Assembly (NCBI GenBank): GCA_051942205.1
Contig: JAVECO010000203.1
Span: 1 to 38,536 of the forward strand
Length of the DNA stretch: 38,536 bases
Direction of reading: 5' to 3'
DNA from: Coniocarpon cinnabarinum
Taxonomy: Eukaryota
In this document: positions 1 through 10,850 of the stretch, piece by piece
Numbering within the stretch: position 1 is the stretch's first letter
Layout of the letters: the number at the start of each line of letters is the position of its first letter
Program-made: the position numbers and the translations under genes
The notes under the pieces: generated by a model
What the model was told of the DNA's origin: nothing
Seen by the model: only the letters and a program-made list of their open reading frames with translations
The model's database searches: none

Positions 1-1025
1 TGTAAACTAATCTAGCGGTCTATTGTAAAGGTAAGCTCTAGCAAAGGAAACCTTTGCTTTGTCTTCCTTATACTTAGACGAATTAATTATAAAATTTAAT
101 TCGTATAGAGTTAGAAATAGTTTAAGGGATACTTTATCCTCAGTATAAGGTTTGACCTTAATAATATTAGTAGATATTTTATTATTGTCCTTATTACGAC
201 GACTAGTAGGTGTTTTCTATAGTAGAGTATTAAATTATTTTTTAATAGTATTAAGTAAAGTAGCACTTAATTAACTTATTAGTAGATAATAACGTTTAAC
301 TTTACTTTCTTTAGTAATAGGTCCTAAAGTAACTAGTTAACTTTATACTAAAGTTAGACTTATTAGTTGTTAAGCAGAAAGTAGCCTACTATATTCTTCC
401 TCTAAAGAACTATCTTAGAGTTCTAATAGAACCTTTAATCTAGAAGAGTTAGTTGTAAGATAGGGTAGTATATACCTTTTAATCCTTGTTTAGTGTTATA
501 AATAATTATTTAAAAGTGTAACGCCCCTATAGAGGACCCTAACCTTAAGTATCTAAGGAGGTATAGGGCTATCCTAGAGATAAGAACCTTTACTATAGAA
601 GAATATAATAGAGAACAATATAAAGGAATAAAGGTAGTAAAGGCTAAAGGGGAGAGTAACTAGTATACTACTATAGCAAAGGTTACTTTATCTAATAGTA
701 GTAGTGCTATCTAAGAAAGTAAGGTGCGCTATAAACTAGTAAGTAATTAGTTTAATAGTTCACAACTTATAAGTTAGGTTAATTCTAAATTTAAACGATA
801 TTAAACTATAGAGGTTCTCTATTAAGCCTATATAATATTATAGGTAGTCTAAGTAGTCTAGGCAGTTAAGCTACCTAACTAACTGCAGCTACCTATAGGT
901 AGTTAGGGTAGTTGTATGTATATAGCAACCTAAGCTACCCGTATTACGTAACCTATTAAATATACCTAGATGCCTTGTCTATTGCCTTTCCTAGCAATTA
1001 GCCCTACTGGCTAGCGCGTGTCATA
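1..1025 (-). mobile_element. 5' end of a RIP-mutated Ty3/Gypsy LTR retrotransposon (5' LTR plus start of gag), continuing beyond the left edge
   Basis: The minus strand near 1-170 reads VKPYTEDKVSLKLFLTLYELNF ... EDKAKVSFARAYLYNRPLD*F with one frameshift. This is a RIP-type version of the Gypsy gag motif (..KV.FA..YL..AL.WF). It lies downstream of an LTR at 517-1025, and the region has a strong TpA excess. Confidence 0.75.
517..1025 (-). repeat. Gypsy 5' LTR (~509 bp, RIPed)
   Basis: Plus-strand ends are TGTAACG (517) and GTGTCATA (1025, RIPed ..TCACA). Positions 517-~830 align in reverse complement with ~1735-2058, mostly through C>T/G>A transitions. Confidence 0.75.
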
Positions 1026-2340
1026 ATAGTATAGCCTTAGTTTTAAAAGTTTTTATAGTACTATAAAGTATTTAAAGTATTTACAAAAAACTTTAACTAG
1101 CTATTTTAATAAATAGAAACTTAATTTATTACTAGCTATCTCTAAAAGCTATAAAAAAACTTAATATTATTTTTTAAAGCCCTTAAATTAATTATAGTTA
1201 ATAATAATAAAGACTATTAATATTTATAAGATTATGAATACTAGTATATTTATTATAGTTATAAATTAGATATATTTTATTAATAAAAATATAAAGTATT
1301 TTATAAATTTACAAGAAGTATATTCTAACTATAATTTTTTATTTAAACCTTATAAATTATATAAAGACTAATTTAATAAAAATTAGTAGTAAATATACTT
1401 TTCTAAAAAAGATTTAAAAAGTAGCTATAAGCTAGTATGTCTACTCATAGATTTATATTACTATAAGTAGATAAAGACTAATCATATTTCTTTAATTAGA
1501 TATATTCTAATTGAGTAGTAACTTAAATGTTACGCTATGCCCAATGTAGGACACAAGGTCACGTGCACACGCTTACTAGTACGCTAGTGTACAAGGTCCC
1601 AAGCACAGACACGCGTTCACCTCTGGGGCTTCCTACATAAGGTCACGTGCTACTCCCGAGCAGTATAGAACCCCCAGAGGCAGGAGCAGCGTCTTGGCCA
1701 GGACCCAGAATACATTCGTTTGTACCTTAGTCTATATAGCTAGATGGAGAACCCACCTTTCTTAGGTTCGACATCGTTTAAATTCAGAATCAACCTGACA
1801 CACAAGTTGTGAACCACCAAACTAATCACTCACCAGTTTATGGCGCACCTTACTTTCTTAGATAGCACTACTACCGTTAGATAAAGTAACCTTTACTATA
1901 GTAGTACGCTAGTTACTCTCCCCTATTAGCCCTTTACCTACCTTTGTCCCTTTATGTTATTCCCTGTTATACTCTCCCATAGCAAAGGTTCTCAGCTCCA
2001 GGACAGCCTTAGTCCTCCTCGGCTACTCGAGGGCGAGGTCCTCCGTGGAGGCGTCACAATAAAGTAGGCTTATTATTTACTATAAGTATAATTAGCCTAG
2101 TTATTATACTATTAAGTCTTAATTACTAGTAGAATAAAAGCGATTCAGTAGTAAACTATTAGAAAATATAAGACTTTAAATACTAGAGTAGTATCTTTAA
2201 AATTTAAAGCTATTAATTAAGAATATAGACGTCTCTATATACTAAAATAGCTAAAATAGTTATTTTATAATATAAATACTTTATTAATTTTAAGGCTAAA
2301 ATTAATTTAATTAGCTAGTAGATTACTATTGAATAAAGGC
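1026..2340. other. Extremely AT-rich RIP-degraded DNA, interrupted by a solo LTR at 1528-2058
   Basis: Nearly devoid of CpA/TpG, rich in TAA/TAG, no ORFs. The original content is not recognisable. Confidence 0.7.
1528..2058 (+). repeat. Solo LTR (531 bp) related to the Gypsy LTR at 517-1025, in inverted orientation
   Basis: Termini TGTTACG...CGTCACA. Flanks are TTAAA/ATAAA (4/5 match, probable TSD). TATA-like CTATATAG near 1731. The 3' ~320 bp is homologous to 517-830. Confidence 0.85.
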
Positions 2341-4093
2341 TCATCTAGATATGAAAAACTAATTATTTCAGCTTATAAAGACGTCAATTACTTCGCATCC
2401 ATCACACTCCATGGATAACCGAATGCCAACGTCGAGCAGCAACTCGTTTTATTCTTCGTAGTAATTCTAAAGCTGTTTGAAGGTCAGAGATGTCCTGTGA
2501 GTCAACCACAACCGTTCTCAAACTCCGCCGAAAGCTTGCCACCAATTTATAGGAAGGGCTCGAACTTTACCCCGCAAGGTCGTCCTACGATGGAGTAGAA
2601 GAAGAGCGGATGCGCTTGGAAGTAACACGTCCGTCACGATTTAGGGACGACAAAACCAATTTATAAAGGCAAAGGTTACGAATGATTATGAGCTGGCCTT
2701 CATACTGACGCATAATCTGTAGGAGCTACTGCACTACCCATTAAGAAGAGGCAGTGGAATTCAGACATTACCTCAAAGAGAGAGGGTTTCGACGAATGAC
2801 GCATTACTGCAATTATTCATGTACCATTCTCGATGTGGTTGGAGAATTCGATCGAAATGCGACAGTATGTCTACGTAGCTGGACAAACACGGGGACTAGG
2901 ACATGTGGCACAGGCGTTAAGGAATGAGAGGACGTGGCCTTATTTATAACTTGCCCAGTATCAGTACCTTAGAATGCATCAATGTGGCTTCTCTGAGGAG
3001 TCACACTAGATATTTTCAACGTCAAACGCCGTCAAGCATAGGATATTATGCAAATGCTCTCGATCGATTTATCTAATTTATTTACTTTCACCTCATTCCA
3101 CCTTCGCTTCTTGCGCAACGCTTCTCATTAGTCTTCTGATACTGAACGACATAGTTCACTTCGTCAAGATGCATGGCGTGAGCTGCAACGCATTCCCCTC
3201 CAAACCCATCTAGTAATTCTTAGGTGCCCGCCAGGACTGTCGTCTACAGCAACATCACGACCCTCACTTCAACCGTTAGAGCAGTCACGCCGCCGTCTAC
3301 TCCTGTAACCCGCTTCGGATTCAGTACCAGCAGTGCATTGAAGAAGATTGCCCGTTTTCTTTCAGCCAATATCGGATTCACACACAGCAGCATAGCGAGA
3401 TGAATCTTCACTCCGGGCAGTCTCATGGATGTAGTCGCAGCCGTAGCGGAAGTCCGACCACATTTGAGATCTAGATATAGCGTAAGCTTATGGGTAGCGA
3501 GTCTGGCCGTGACACGCGCCGTCCGCCCACCGCAAGCAGTGTGGAGCGGTCATCGACTTCGAGCAGAGACATGGCGAGTTTCGAGTCCACCTGCCTATCT
3601 GCTTCAGAGACTGCCAAAACTAGCATCTAACTTTAGTCGCGGGCCGCATCTAGTGACCGCAATAGTATCCTCAACTATTAACGAAGATCGTAAGCGTCAG
3701 GTTACGTGAACGTTCGTCGTCTACAGGACCCGGAGGCCAATCACACGCAGTTGACTCGCCATGACGACAAGACGTTGTCCAATCCTTTCAGTCTCAGCGA
3801 TGAGGTGAAAGCGCTAAGAAGCTCGCATTCAAATATTCCGCCTCTTCCAGCACGGCTAACCAATTATGCCCCTACGTTACCTTCAGGCATCCTAACCGAG
3901 TTTAAAAACCCTGACCCCGACGAGTGTACTCACACGGAATCCAGTCCCCACCGTCATTCAACAGGCGACAAAATCTGTACCGCTGAGAGCAACTACCACC
4001 GCTTAAGCTACGCCGGTCACTAACAGGGTCTCTCATCACGCCAAAAAACCTTCTCTCCTCTAGCAGCACGATCCTCTAACAGGAACGTCTTCT

Positions 4094-4562
4094 CTAGTAC
4101 GAGAATTCACAGCAACACACAGCTTGCTAACTTGGATACGGATCATGGATTGGTGCAAAGACATCCCTGATCAAGACGATGTCTCACATTGTCCAACAGA
4201 GAGGGAGATGCAACGCAGCATAATACTGCTTTTTGGACGGGGACAGACGTCCCGTGGCTGCGGTAAGGATAATGAATGTGGCATTGGTTTTGATGGGCGG
4301 CAACCTGTACATGATACTTAGCGTGGACTCTAATCTGACGGCACACTTTGTCTGGAAGTGGCGACAGACAATAACGAGATTCTACAATAATTTTCCGCGT
4401 CACATTTGGACCATGCATCCATTTCTGAACAAAAGTCCGTTGCAGCAGCTTTTCATGGAGTTTATAGCAGGGTATGATTGCGACGACTCGACTGAGCTTT
4501 CGCATACTGCTGACTTAAAACTGAATCTGTACCTTCAAATTGATCTCGCTCCGTTGAGATGA
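4094..4562 (+). pseudogene. Fragment of a fungal C6-finger transcription factor (region around the fungal-specific TF domain), frameshifted
   Basis: EFTATHSLLTWIRIMDW...EMQRSIILLFGRGQ is followed in another frame by TITRFYNNFPRHIWTMHPFLNKSPLQQLFMEF. These resemble HTTAAHKLL.WP.I...RG...YGRG and Y...IH.MHPFL motifs of a C6 TF family. No zinc cluster was found upstream. Confidence 0.5.
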
Positions 4563-4970
4563 ACATAGACTTTCACTGTTCTCGCAGAACTTGTCTCCTG
4601 TGTTATCATGGTATTCGACACACAAGTCCGCTTGCTCTACTGTGAAGTCAATGAGTTTTAGGCCTTCTGAATTGAACGACAAGACATACGATAATTGTGA
4701 CAATAAGATAACGGACCTTTTGTCCTCCCACATACATAGCATACCACACTAGACAGCTTCGCAGGAACAAACTTTCAATGATCGAGGAATGTCTCCACTT
4801 CCTCCACCTGAAGAGATTTTTGAAGCGAACGTGGATGTCTATTTCAAGAGGCGGCTGTCACTTATGTACCCTGCCCCACGGAAGGCGGTATTGACAGTGA
4901 CGAGCAGTAGAAGCTCAGATTTCAGATGTTGCATCCCCAAAAGGTTTCGCCTAAGATAGAAAGAACCTTA

Positions 4971-5070
4971 TGTTACAAATGATGATGTGATGAATGAGTT
5001 GTTTTTTTTTAACTATACTGAAGATGGTGACCATTCACAGTAATTCCTGCACGTGACCCAATTTCCAACA
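4971..5070 (-). repeat. Copia 3' LTR (100 bp, internal 57-bp deletion)
   Basis: TGTTACAAAT...TTTCCAACA, homologous to 10207-10355 and 13917-14077. Confidence 0.95.
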
Positions 5071-5080
5071 CACCTTCCCA
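5071..5080 (-). promoter_or_regulatory. Copia polypurine tract
   Basis: Minus-strand TGGGAAGGTG lies directly 5' of the 3' LTR. Confidence 0.7.
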
Positions 5081-5150
5081 GTGGCTTTGGAGCCGTTGAA
5101 AAGGCGCTGTTTTGCACTGATTCTCCTCAATTTTGAATGAAATTGCCTAA

Positions 5151-8100
5151 TCAGGAAGTCAGACCCAGGTGGCGAATGAAATGCTCGAATTTCTGGCGTC
5201 CTAGGAGCTTGGTGAGGCCGTCGGCGGCCTGTTCTTCCGTGCTGATCCATTGAACCGTGAGACTACCAGCATCAACCTCCTGACGTATCCAAAGTTGATG
5301 AATATCGACGTGGCGAAGCTTTGTGGCGATGGCGTCGTTGTCCGACTGAGCAATACGCACGGTCTGAGCATTGTCGCAGCGGATTGAAGGTTGGTGGTTG
5401 AGATTGATGTCAACTGCGTTGAAGAACCGAATCCACCAATAGGAGGCGGAACTGAGTGTGGAGAGAGCGAGAAGCTCTGCTTCCGTGATGGACGTCGTCA
5501 CTGTCTTCTGCACGGATGCCTTCCAGTCGATTGGCATGCCGAAAAGGAATACAACGAGACCATGTGATGATTTGCGCCCAGGCTGATCAGCGAAGGAGGC
5601 GTCTGTATAGAACTTGAGGGGATCTGATGCTGTTGCAGCGCTTTGATGGCATGCGAGCGAGAGATGACGTGTACCGTACAAGTAACGAATCACAGTCTCG
5701 GCATAGTGAATGTGCGTTTTTGACGGCTTCTGCAGAAAACGACTGAGCGGGGAATGCGCTTTTGCAACGTCTGGACGAGTCGTAGTTGCCGCGAATCCAA
5801 TGCAACCAACGCGCTGCTGAAATGCTTGCTTTTGAGAGGTTGAAGGCTGCTCATCGGCCTCAATGAGCGTGATTGTGTGCGGCAATGGCGTAGACGGGGA
5901 TGTTGATGACTGATCGTCCAGCTGGAAGCGGTGAGCGACCTTCTCAATGTAGGACTTCTGTGAGAGGAGGAGTGAGTCGTTCCTCTTGATGATCTCAATG
6001 CCAACGAAGAACTCCACTACGCCCTTGTCTATGAGTTCAAATCTTGACTTGGTGTGGTTCTCAAAGCTCTTAGCAATTTCCCTGTGTTGCTCATGGAACG
6101 CCACGATAATGTCGTCGACGTAGAAAAGCACAAGAAGTTGATGACCGTAGAATAGGCAATTGACGCCTGGCACTAGGGACAACCCAAAGAACTCAAGGCA
6201 TGACGTGAATTCCTCATACCAGAGCTTTGGGGACTTGCGAAGACCGTATAGAGCGCGTTTGAGCAAGGGCGACTTGCCTGGTTGGTTGAAACCTTCAGGG
6301 AAACGACAGAAGATCGGTGACTCAAGTTCAGCGTTCAGGAAGGCGTTAACGGCATCGTACTAAAGAGTAGAGAGGTTGAAAGCAGCAACAATTGCCATTA
6401 CCGCACGAAACGTCTTATAGGCGAGCGTGGCGGCATAATGATCCTCTGCTGATAGAGGCTCTAGATCTCCACGAACGCAAATGCGCGCTTTGTACTTCTC
6501 TAAGTGCCCTGGTTGGTCGAACTTGTAGTTCCAGACCCATTTGAGTGGCAAATGATGTCCTTGTGTGGGAGGAACAACCTGAACAGTCTTTGATGAGAGG
6601 ATCTTGCTCCACTCAGTTTGAGTTGCTTGTAGGAAGGCCTCCTTGTGCGGATGAGCAAGCAATTGGTTGTAGGTCGTTGGAGCAGGTGGAAGTTCGTCCC
6701 TGTGCGGTTTCCCCTTCATCGTTGTGGCGGCTACTGTGAGTGCCGCTGTGCTCAGTTGACGAAGTAGGAATGCCGGTACGGAGAGGTAATCATCTGGTAG
6801 TAGCGATTCTTCTCCGCTTAGATCTTGTGCTGATGGTGTTGGTGAAGGCGTAGGATATGGAGCCGTTTCCTCCTGTTGAGGTTGTTTCTGATGCTGCTAT
6901 ATTGGCACACTTGCCGCTTGAAACGTGTCCATTGGATTGATTGATGATGATCCTTCCTCGGGGAGCTCGATGGCTGTGATCAACGTGTTCAACTGTTTTG
7001 GTGAGATCAACTCAGGCAGTGCTGGAGAGAGCGACTGCGAAGATGCTGATTGCTCATCGTCTTTGAACGTGACGTCTCGAGTCCTTATGACCTTCTTGAG
7101 CTCTGGAATCCAAACGAAGAGTATGTTGATGCCATGCATCCAATTGGATGGAGATGACTAAGCACTGGCAGCTCTCCTGTGACTGCTTCAAAAGGAGTCC
7201 TCCAATGAAGCCTTGACGTTGGCGTTTGATTGAGCAAATAGGCGGCAGTCTGACAAAGAAATAGCCAAAAATTTGAGGGGAGATTCGCTGCCAAACGGAG
7301 TGTGCGCGCCACTGTTGAGATCACCTTCCCAGAGGCCTCAGCAGCGCTGTTCTGGGCTGGGATCTCTGTAGCTGACGGTAGGCGTGTTATGCCGTGCTTC
7401 TTGGGGATTTTATCGGCCTTGTTGCCAATCATTGACTCCAAATCAGAGCGCATCCACGTTGTGTGCGCAGAGAGCGTCTTTTGCATCTGAAAGAGATGAG
7501 ACTCCATGAGACCTACCGCCTCAGCCTTTGTGCGAACAGCCTTGACAACGTGATAGGCCTCATAGTCGTAGATACATATTTTTCTGCCGTGATTGCTGCA
7601 TCAAACTCTATCAGATCCCATGATACCGTCGCCATGCGCTTTAACTCGTTGAATTCACGCGCCTCTCGATGCTTTGCTGAGGACCTCGATATCGACGCCT
7701 TTGCTTTTGACAATCTGCAGAATCGCACGTGAGTGTAGATTCAACGTCCGATCCAGCGATATGAGCTTCAGTTGCCTGAGGAAGAGATTCAATTGCTTTG
7801 ACGCTTGGATGTCCCATAATCTTGTGCCATTTGCTGAAAGAATGAGATGGTGCTGTTGATGATGCCAACGCAGCGACCTCTCGCTCTTGTTCTCTTTCTT
7901 TGGCTTCCTGTTCTGCCTGCTCGTCTACAACGGTAGGAGCAGCCGCACCTTGTGGCGCAATAAGGAGGCGGTCTCCAGAGCCAGAAACCACGGAAAGAGG
8001 ATGAGGAGAAGAAGAAGAAGAAGAAGAAGAAGAAGAAGAAGAAGAAGAAGAAGAAGAAGAAGAAGAAGAAGAAGAAAAAACAGAGGCAGCGTCTGAGGGG

Positions 8101-9935
8101 GAGCGCGCCGTTGAACCTGAATCGACTGCTTCAAAGATCCAATGACCGTGATGGCGTGTAAGATCAGCGAGGAATTTGCGCTCGCCATTACTCTGAACAA
8201 TGAAAAGACTCTCTGGACGTTCACATGTGGTGTCTCTGTTCCAGCCTTTATTGCGCAGAATATGCTCTGAAATGACGGTTGTACAGAAATCAGGATCGCG
8301 GAGAGCATTGGTGACGGTGCAATGAATCACCTTCCCAGCAGAAAGCATTCTGAAGTTAGAATCGACAAGGGCAGTTGGCCTCTGATGTCCTGACCCAGTG
8401 TAGATGATATCATCTGGAGCACTGCGGTAGTTGATGACCCTTCCAGCGTCAACAAGTGCTTGATTGACGATGTGAGCATCAGATCCACTATCCAGAATGA
8501 TGCTAGAGAACAATGGGGACTTGGTTGAGGTCATGGACGAGATTACGGTGGTTGCAACGACGGAGACATGCTCATCTTGAGCATTTGGAACAGCAGCAGC
8601 CGTTGATGCTGAGTTTACAGATCCCGACTTGCTTTGACGGTCTTGCCACCGCTTGAGGGCTTTGTCGACTTTTGCCTGCGTTTTCTCGTCCTTTAAATCC
8701 TTCTCAATCTCCTGCTTCACCTTGCGATTCGGCTTCGATGAGGAAGACCGTGGAAGGTTTGCATTAAGATGGAGACAATCAGAGAACCAATGGAGGTCGC
8801 CACAGAGGCATTTCAATGGTGGCTTTGGTGATAGAAAACGTGACATGTTCGCATCAGAGCCTTGAAGCATGGCAGCAGTGACGATTGTTTGCTTTGCTGT
8901 GAGAGAGGGAAACGACGTCAACGACTCCTCCTGGCATGCTTGACTCCAATAGCTGATCTCGTCTTGAATACTGACCTGGACGCCGGTCATGCGATCTGCT
9001 CGTGATTCTGCCTTTGTAGGGAAATGAACGCCCATAGCCTTGCGGAGTGCTTGTGCGCCGATCTGCTCGGAGGAAATGAATGGAGTGAGCGTACTGCGCT
9101 TTGCAACGATTTGCCACCGATTGAGATACACGTCGACCTTGATCTTCGAAGGATCCTTACGAAGATCCTCGTATTCATGCTCAAGTTCAAGAATTCGTGA
9201 TTCTTCAGTGGGTTTGAAGCGATTGCGTAGCGCTGTGATTTGATCACGTGCAGAGTCTTCGCCTTCAAGGCAACCAGAGAATTCTGTGGATAGAGATGCT
9301 CTGATCGCTGTTTTAATGGCAATAATTGTAGTGCGAATTTAGCGCGATTGAGGTTCGAGAAAGGCGTAATCTTCTTTGCATTCCCTCAACTTTTGTCGCT
9401 GTTCCTCACTCAACTCATGTCTCTGCTTGTGGAAGTAATCTTGGGGCGTAGGAAGAGTTGGAGCTTGTAGAGGAAGTCTTTTTGTGTCAGGATTAATGTA
9501 TTGCCATACATTCAATTCTGTTGCTGTTGCTTTGACGGCATTATGCCATTCGGTGTAGTCTTGCCAGTTTGAGAGAGAAGGAAGTGTGACTATTGATTTG
9601 AGGTCCATATCTTCGTCTTCAAAGGATCGATAGGCGAGATATAATGATAATGAGGGCTCCGGTTCTGATGCCTGATTTAGTGCTTCAGAGTCCTGTGACC
9701 CTTGAGGAGTCAGCAGAGCAGGTGTTGATGACGCTGATGCTGCTTGTGATGATTGCGAAGCGTCTTGTGGTGCTTGCAATGTTGATGATGACGATTGTGA
9801 GCCTAAACCCCTGACATCGCGTGACCCTTGTTGGGTCGCTGACGACGGCTTCTGTGGGGATTGCTTCTGCTGTTGCTGTTGCTGTTGCAACGGAGACTGT
9901 AGCAGAGAAGGCTGCTGTGCCCTTCTGCCTCGCAT
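5151..9935 (-). pseudogene. Copia gag-pol polyprotein, broken by stops, frameshifts and deletions
   Basis: Gag (WHNAVKATATELNVWQYINPD; knuckle CLCGDLHWFSDC), protease ILDSGSDAH, pre-integrase WHKIMGHPS, integrase (MRSD..QNSAAE..LPSNFW), RT (KYKARICVRGD, LYGLRKSPKLW, YVDD) and RNase H (YTDASFAD, TEAELLAL, CDN, ADGLTK). Split across ORFs 9935-9339, 9322-8987, 9131-7641, 7507-7085, 7139-6897, 6719-6360 and 6266-5151. In-frame TAG at 6360 falls just before YDAVNAFLN. Confidence 0.95.
8008..8076 (+). repeat. Perfect (GAA)23 microsatellite, read as poly-Ser in Copia pol
   Basis: Direct count of uninterrupted GAA units. The minus-strand frame reads VF(S)23PHP. Confidence 0.97.
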
Positions 9936-10193
9936 GTTGAACGCTGGTGCTTGTGTTGGATCCAGAATGCCGTATCTAGTTCGCTGAGTCAGACTTCCTG
10001 AATCTTTCTGCTAATCTCTTGCCTCCCTACGGTCGACGCTCCTGTTGCCAGGATTTTGAGGACCTACAGCGGCTTGTTTCCTGACTTATGGTGGAGCGCT
10101 TTCGGGCAGAGAGCTCCGCATTGAGCGGTTATTCGCGTGACCCAGTGCATGTCGTTGTCAATGGTGATCGTCGATGCGCTTATGGTAGTGCTA

Positions 10194-10206
10194 CTGGGCT
10201 CATAAC
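10194..10206 (-). promoter_or_regulatory. Copia primer-binding site complementary to the anticodon arm of initiator tRNA-Met
   Basis: Minus-strand GTTATGAGCCCAG lies immediately inside the 5' LTR. The plus strand reads GGGCTCATAAC, as in the tRNAi-Met anticodon stem-loop. Confidence 0.85.
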
Positions 10207-10355
10207 GGTTACAAATGATGATGTGATGAATGAGTTGTTTTTTTATTTCAACTATTTTGAAGTATGAGAGCCCCTGGAGGAGGGGTTACCCTGCGGGGTA
10301 CTCTCTCATCTCCTACCATTCACAGTAGTTCCTGCACGTGACCCAATTTCCAACA
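10207..10355 (-). repeat. Copia 5' LTR (149 bp)
   Basis: GGTTACAAAT...TTTCCAACA. The inner terminal base is altered, and there is an 11-bp deletion relative to the solo copy. Confidence 0.95.
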
Positions 10356-10850
10356 CCTTACCTGCACTTACGTCGTACACGCCCGGAAAATCTTAGGGCC
10401 ACCGGCCGGCCTGTTCACGCACGCTCGCACTCGGACAGCTTAAAGCCAGTCGATACTGCTCTCTGTGTCCATTCGCAAGTAAAGCGCTATAAGTTAGAGG
10501 TCCACTCAACGTAGGATGAATGACCGTCAAGTTCGCGTGACATACGGACACGTTGATGGCGATTTTGATGGAGAACAAGTGGGTGGATCCACTTACACAC
10601 GATACTTCAACGTAGAAGCCGAATCACCATTACTCTCAATGCGCGCAATACGCTTCGCCCTTGCGCGAGGACCATTTTGACGATAAAGAGAGTTCGATGG
10701 GTGTTTGCGACCTCATCAAGATTTATCGCCCTCGATGAACCTCTTCGTGCGGCTGCACCTCCTCCTACTATTATACTCCTGAGTGGAGCACATACACTTC
10801 AAAAGAATCAATAGCATCCCGCACTCCCACGCTTTCTGTTATCGATTGCT

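Larger units (their letters stand above)
4971..10355 (-). mobile_element. Full-length Ty1/Copia LTR retrotransposon, non-functional
   Basis: Direct LTRs at 4971-5070 and 10207-10355. Perfect 5-bp TSD CCTTA at 4966-4970 and 10356-10360. PBS and PPT present. Domain order is gag-PR-IN-RT-RH. Confidence 0.97.

Noticed and set aside
2340..4090. Short ORFs at 3244-4023
   Set aside because: They have no motifs. They could be the decayed 5' part of the C6 TF relic, but this cannot be supported.
7887..8308. ORFs with poly-Arg (7887-8096 +) and poly-Leu (7925-8308 -)
   Set aside because: They are alternative-frame readings of the (GAA)23 tract inside Copia pol.
10194..10206. tRNA-Met gene
   Set aside because: Only 13 nt match. 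It is the retrotransposon PBS, with no cloverleaf.
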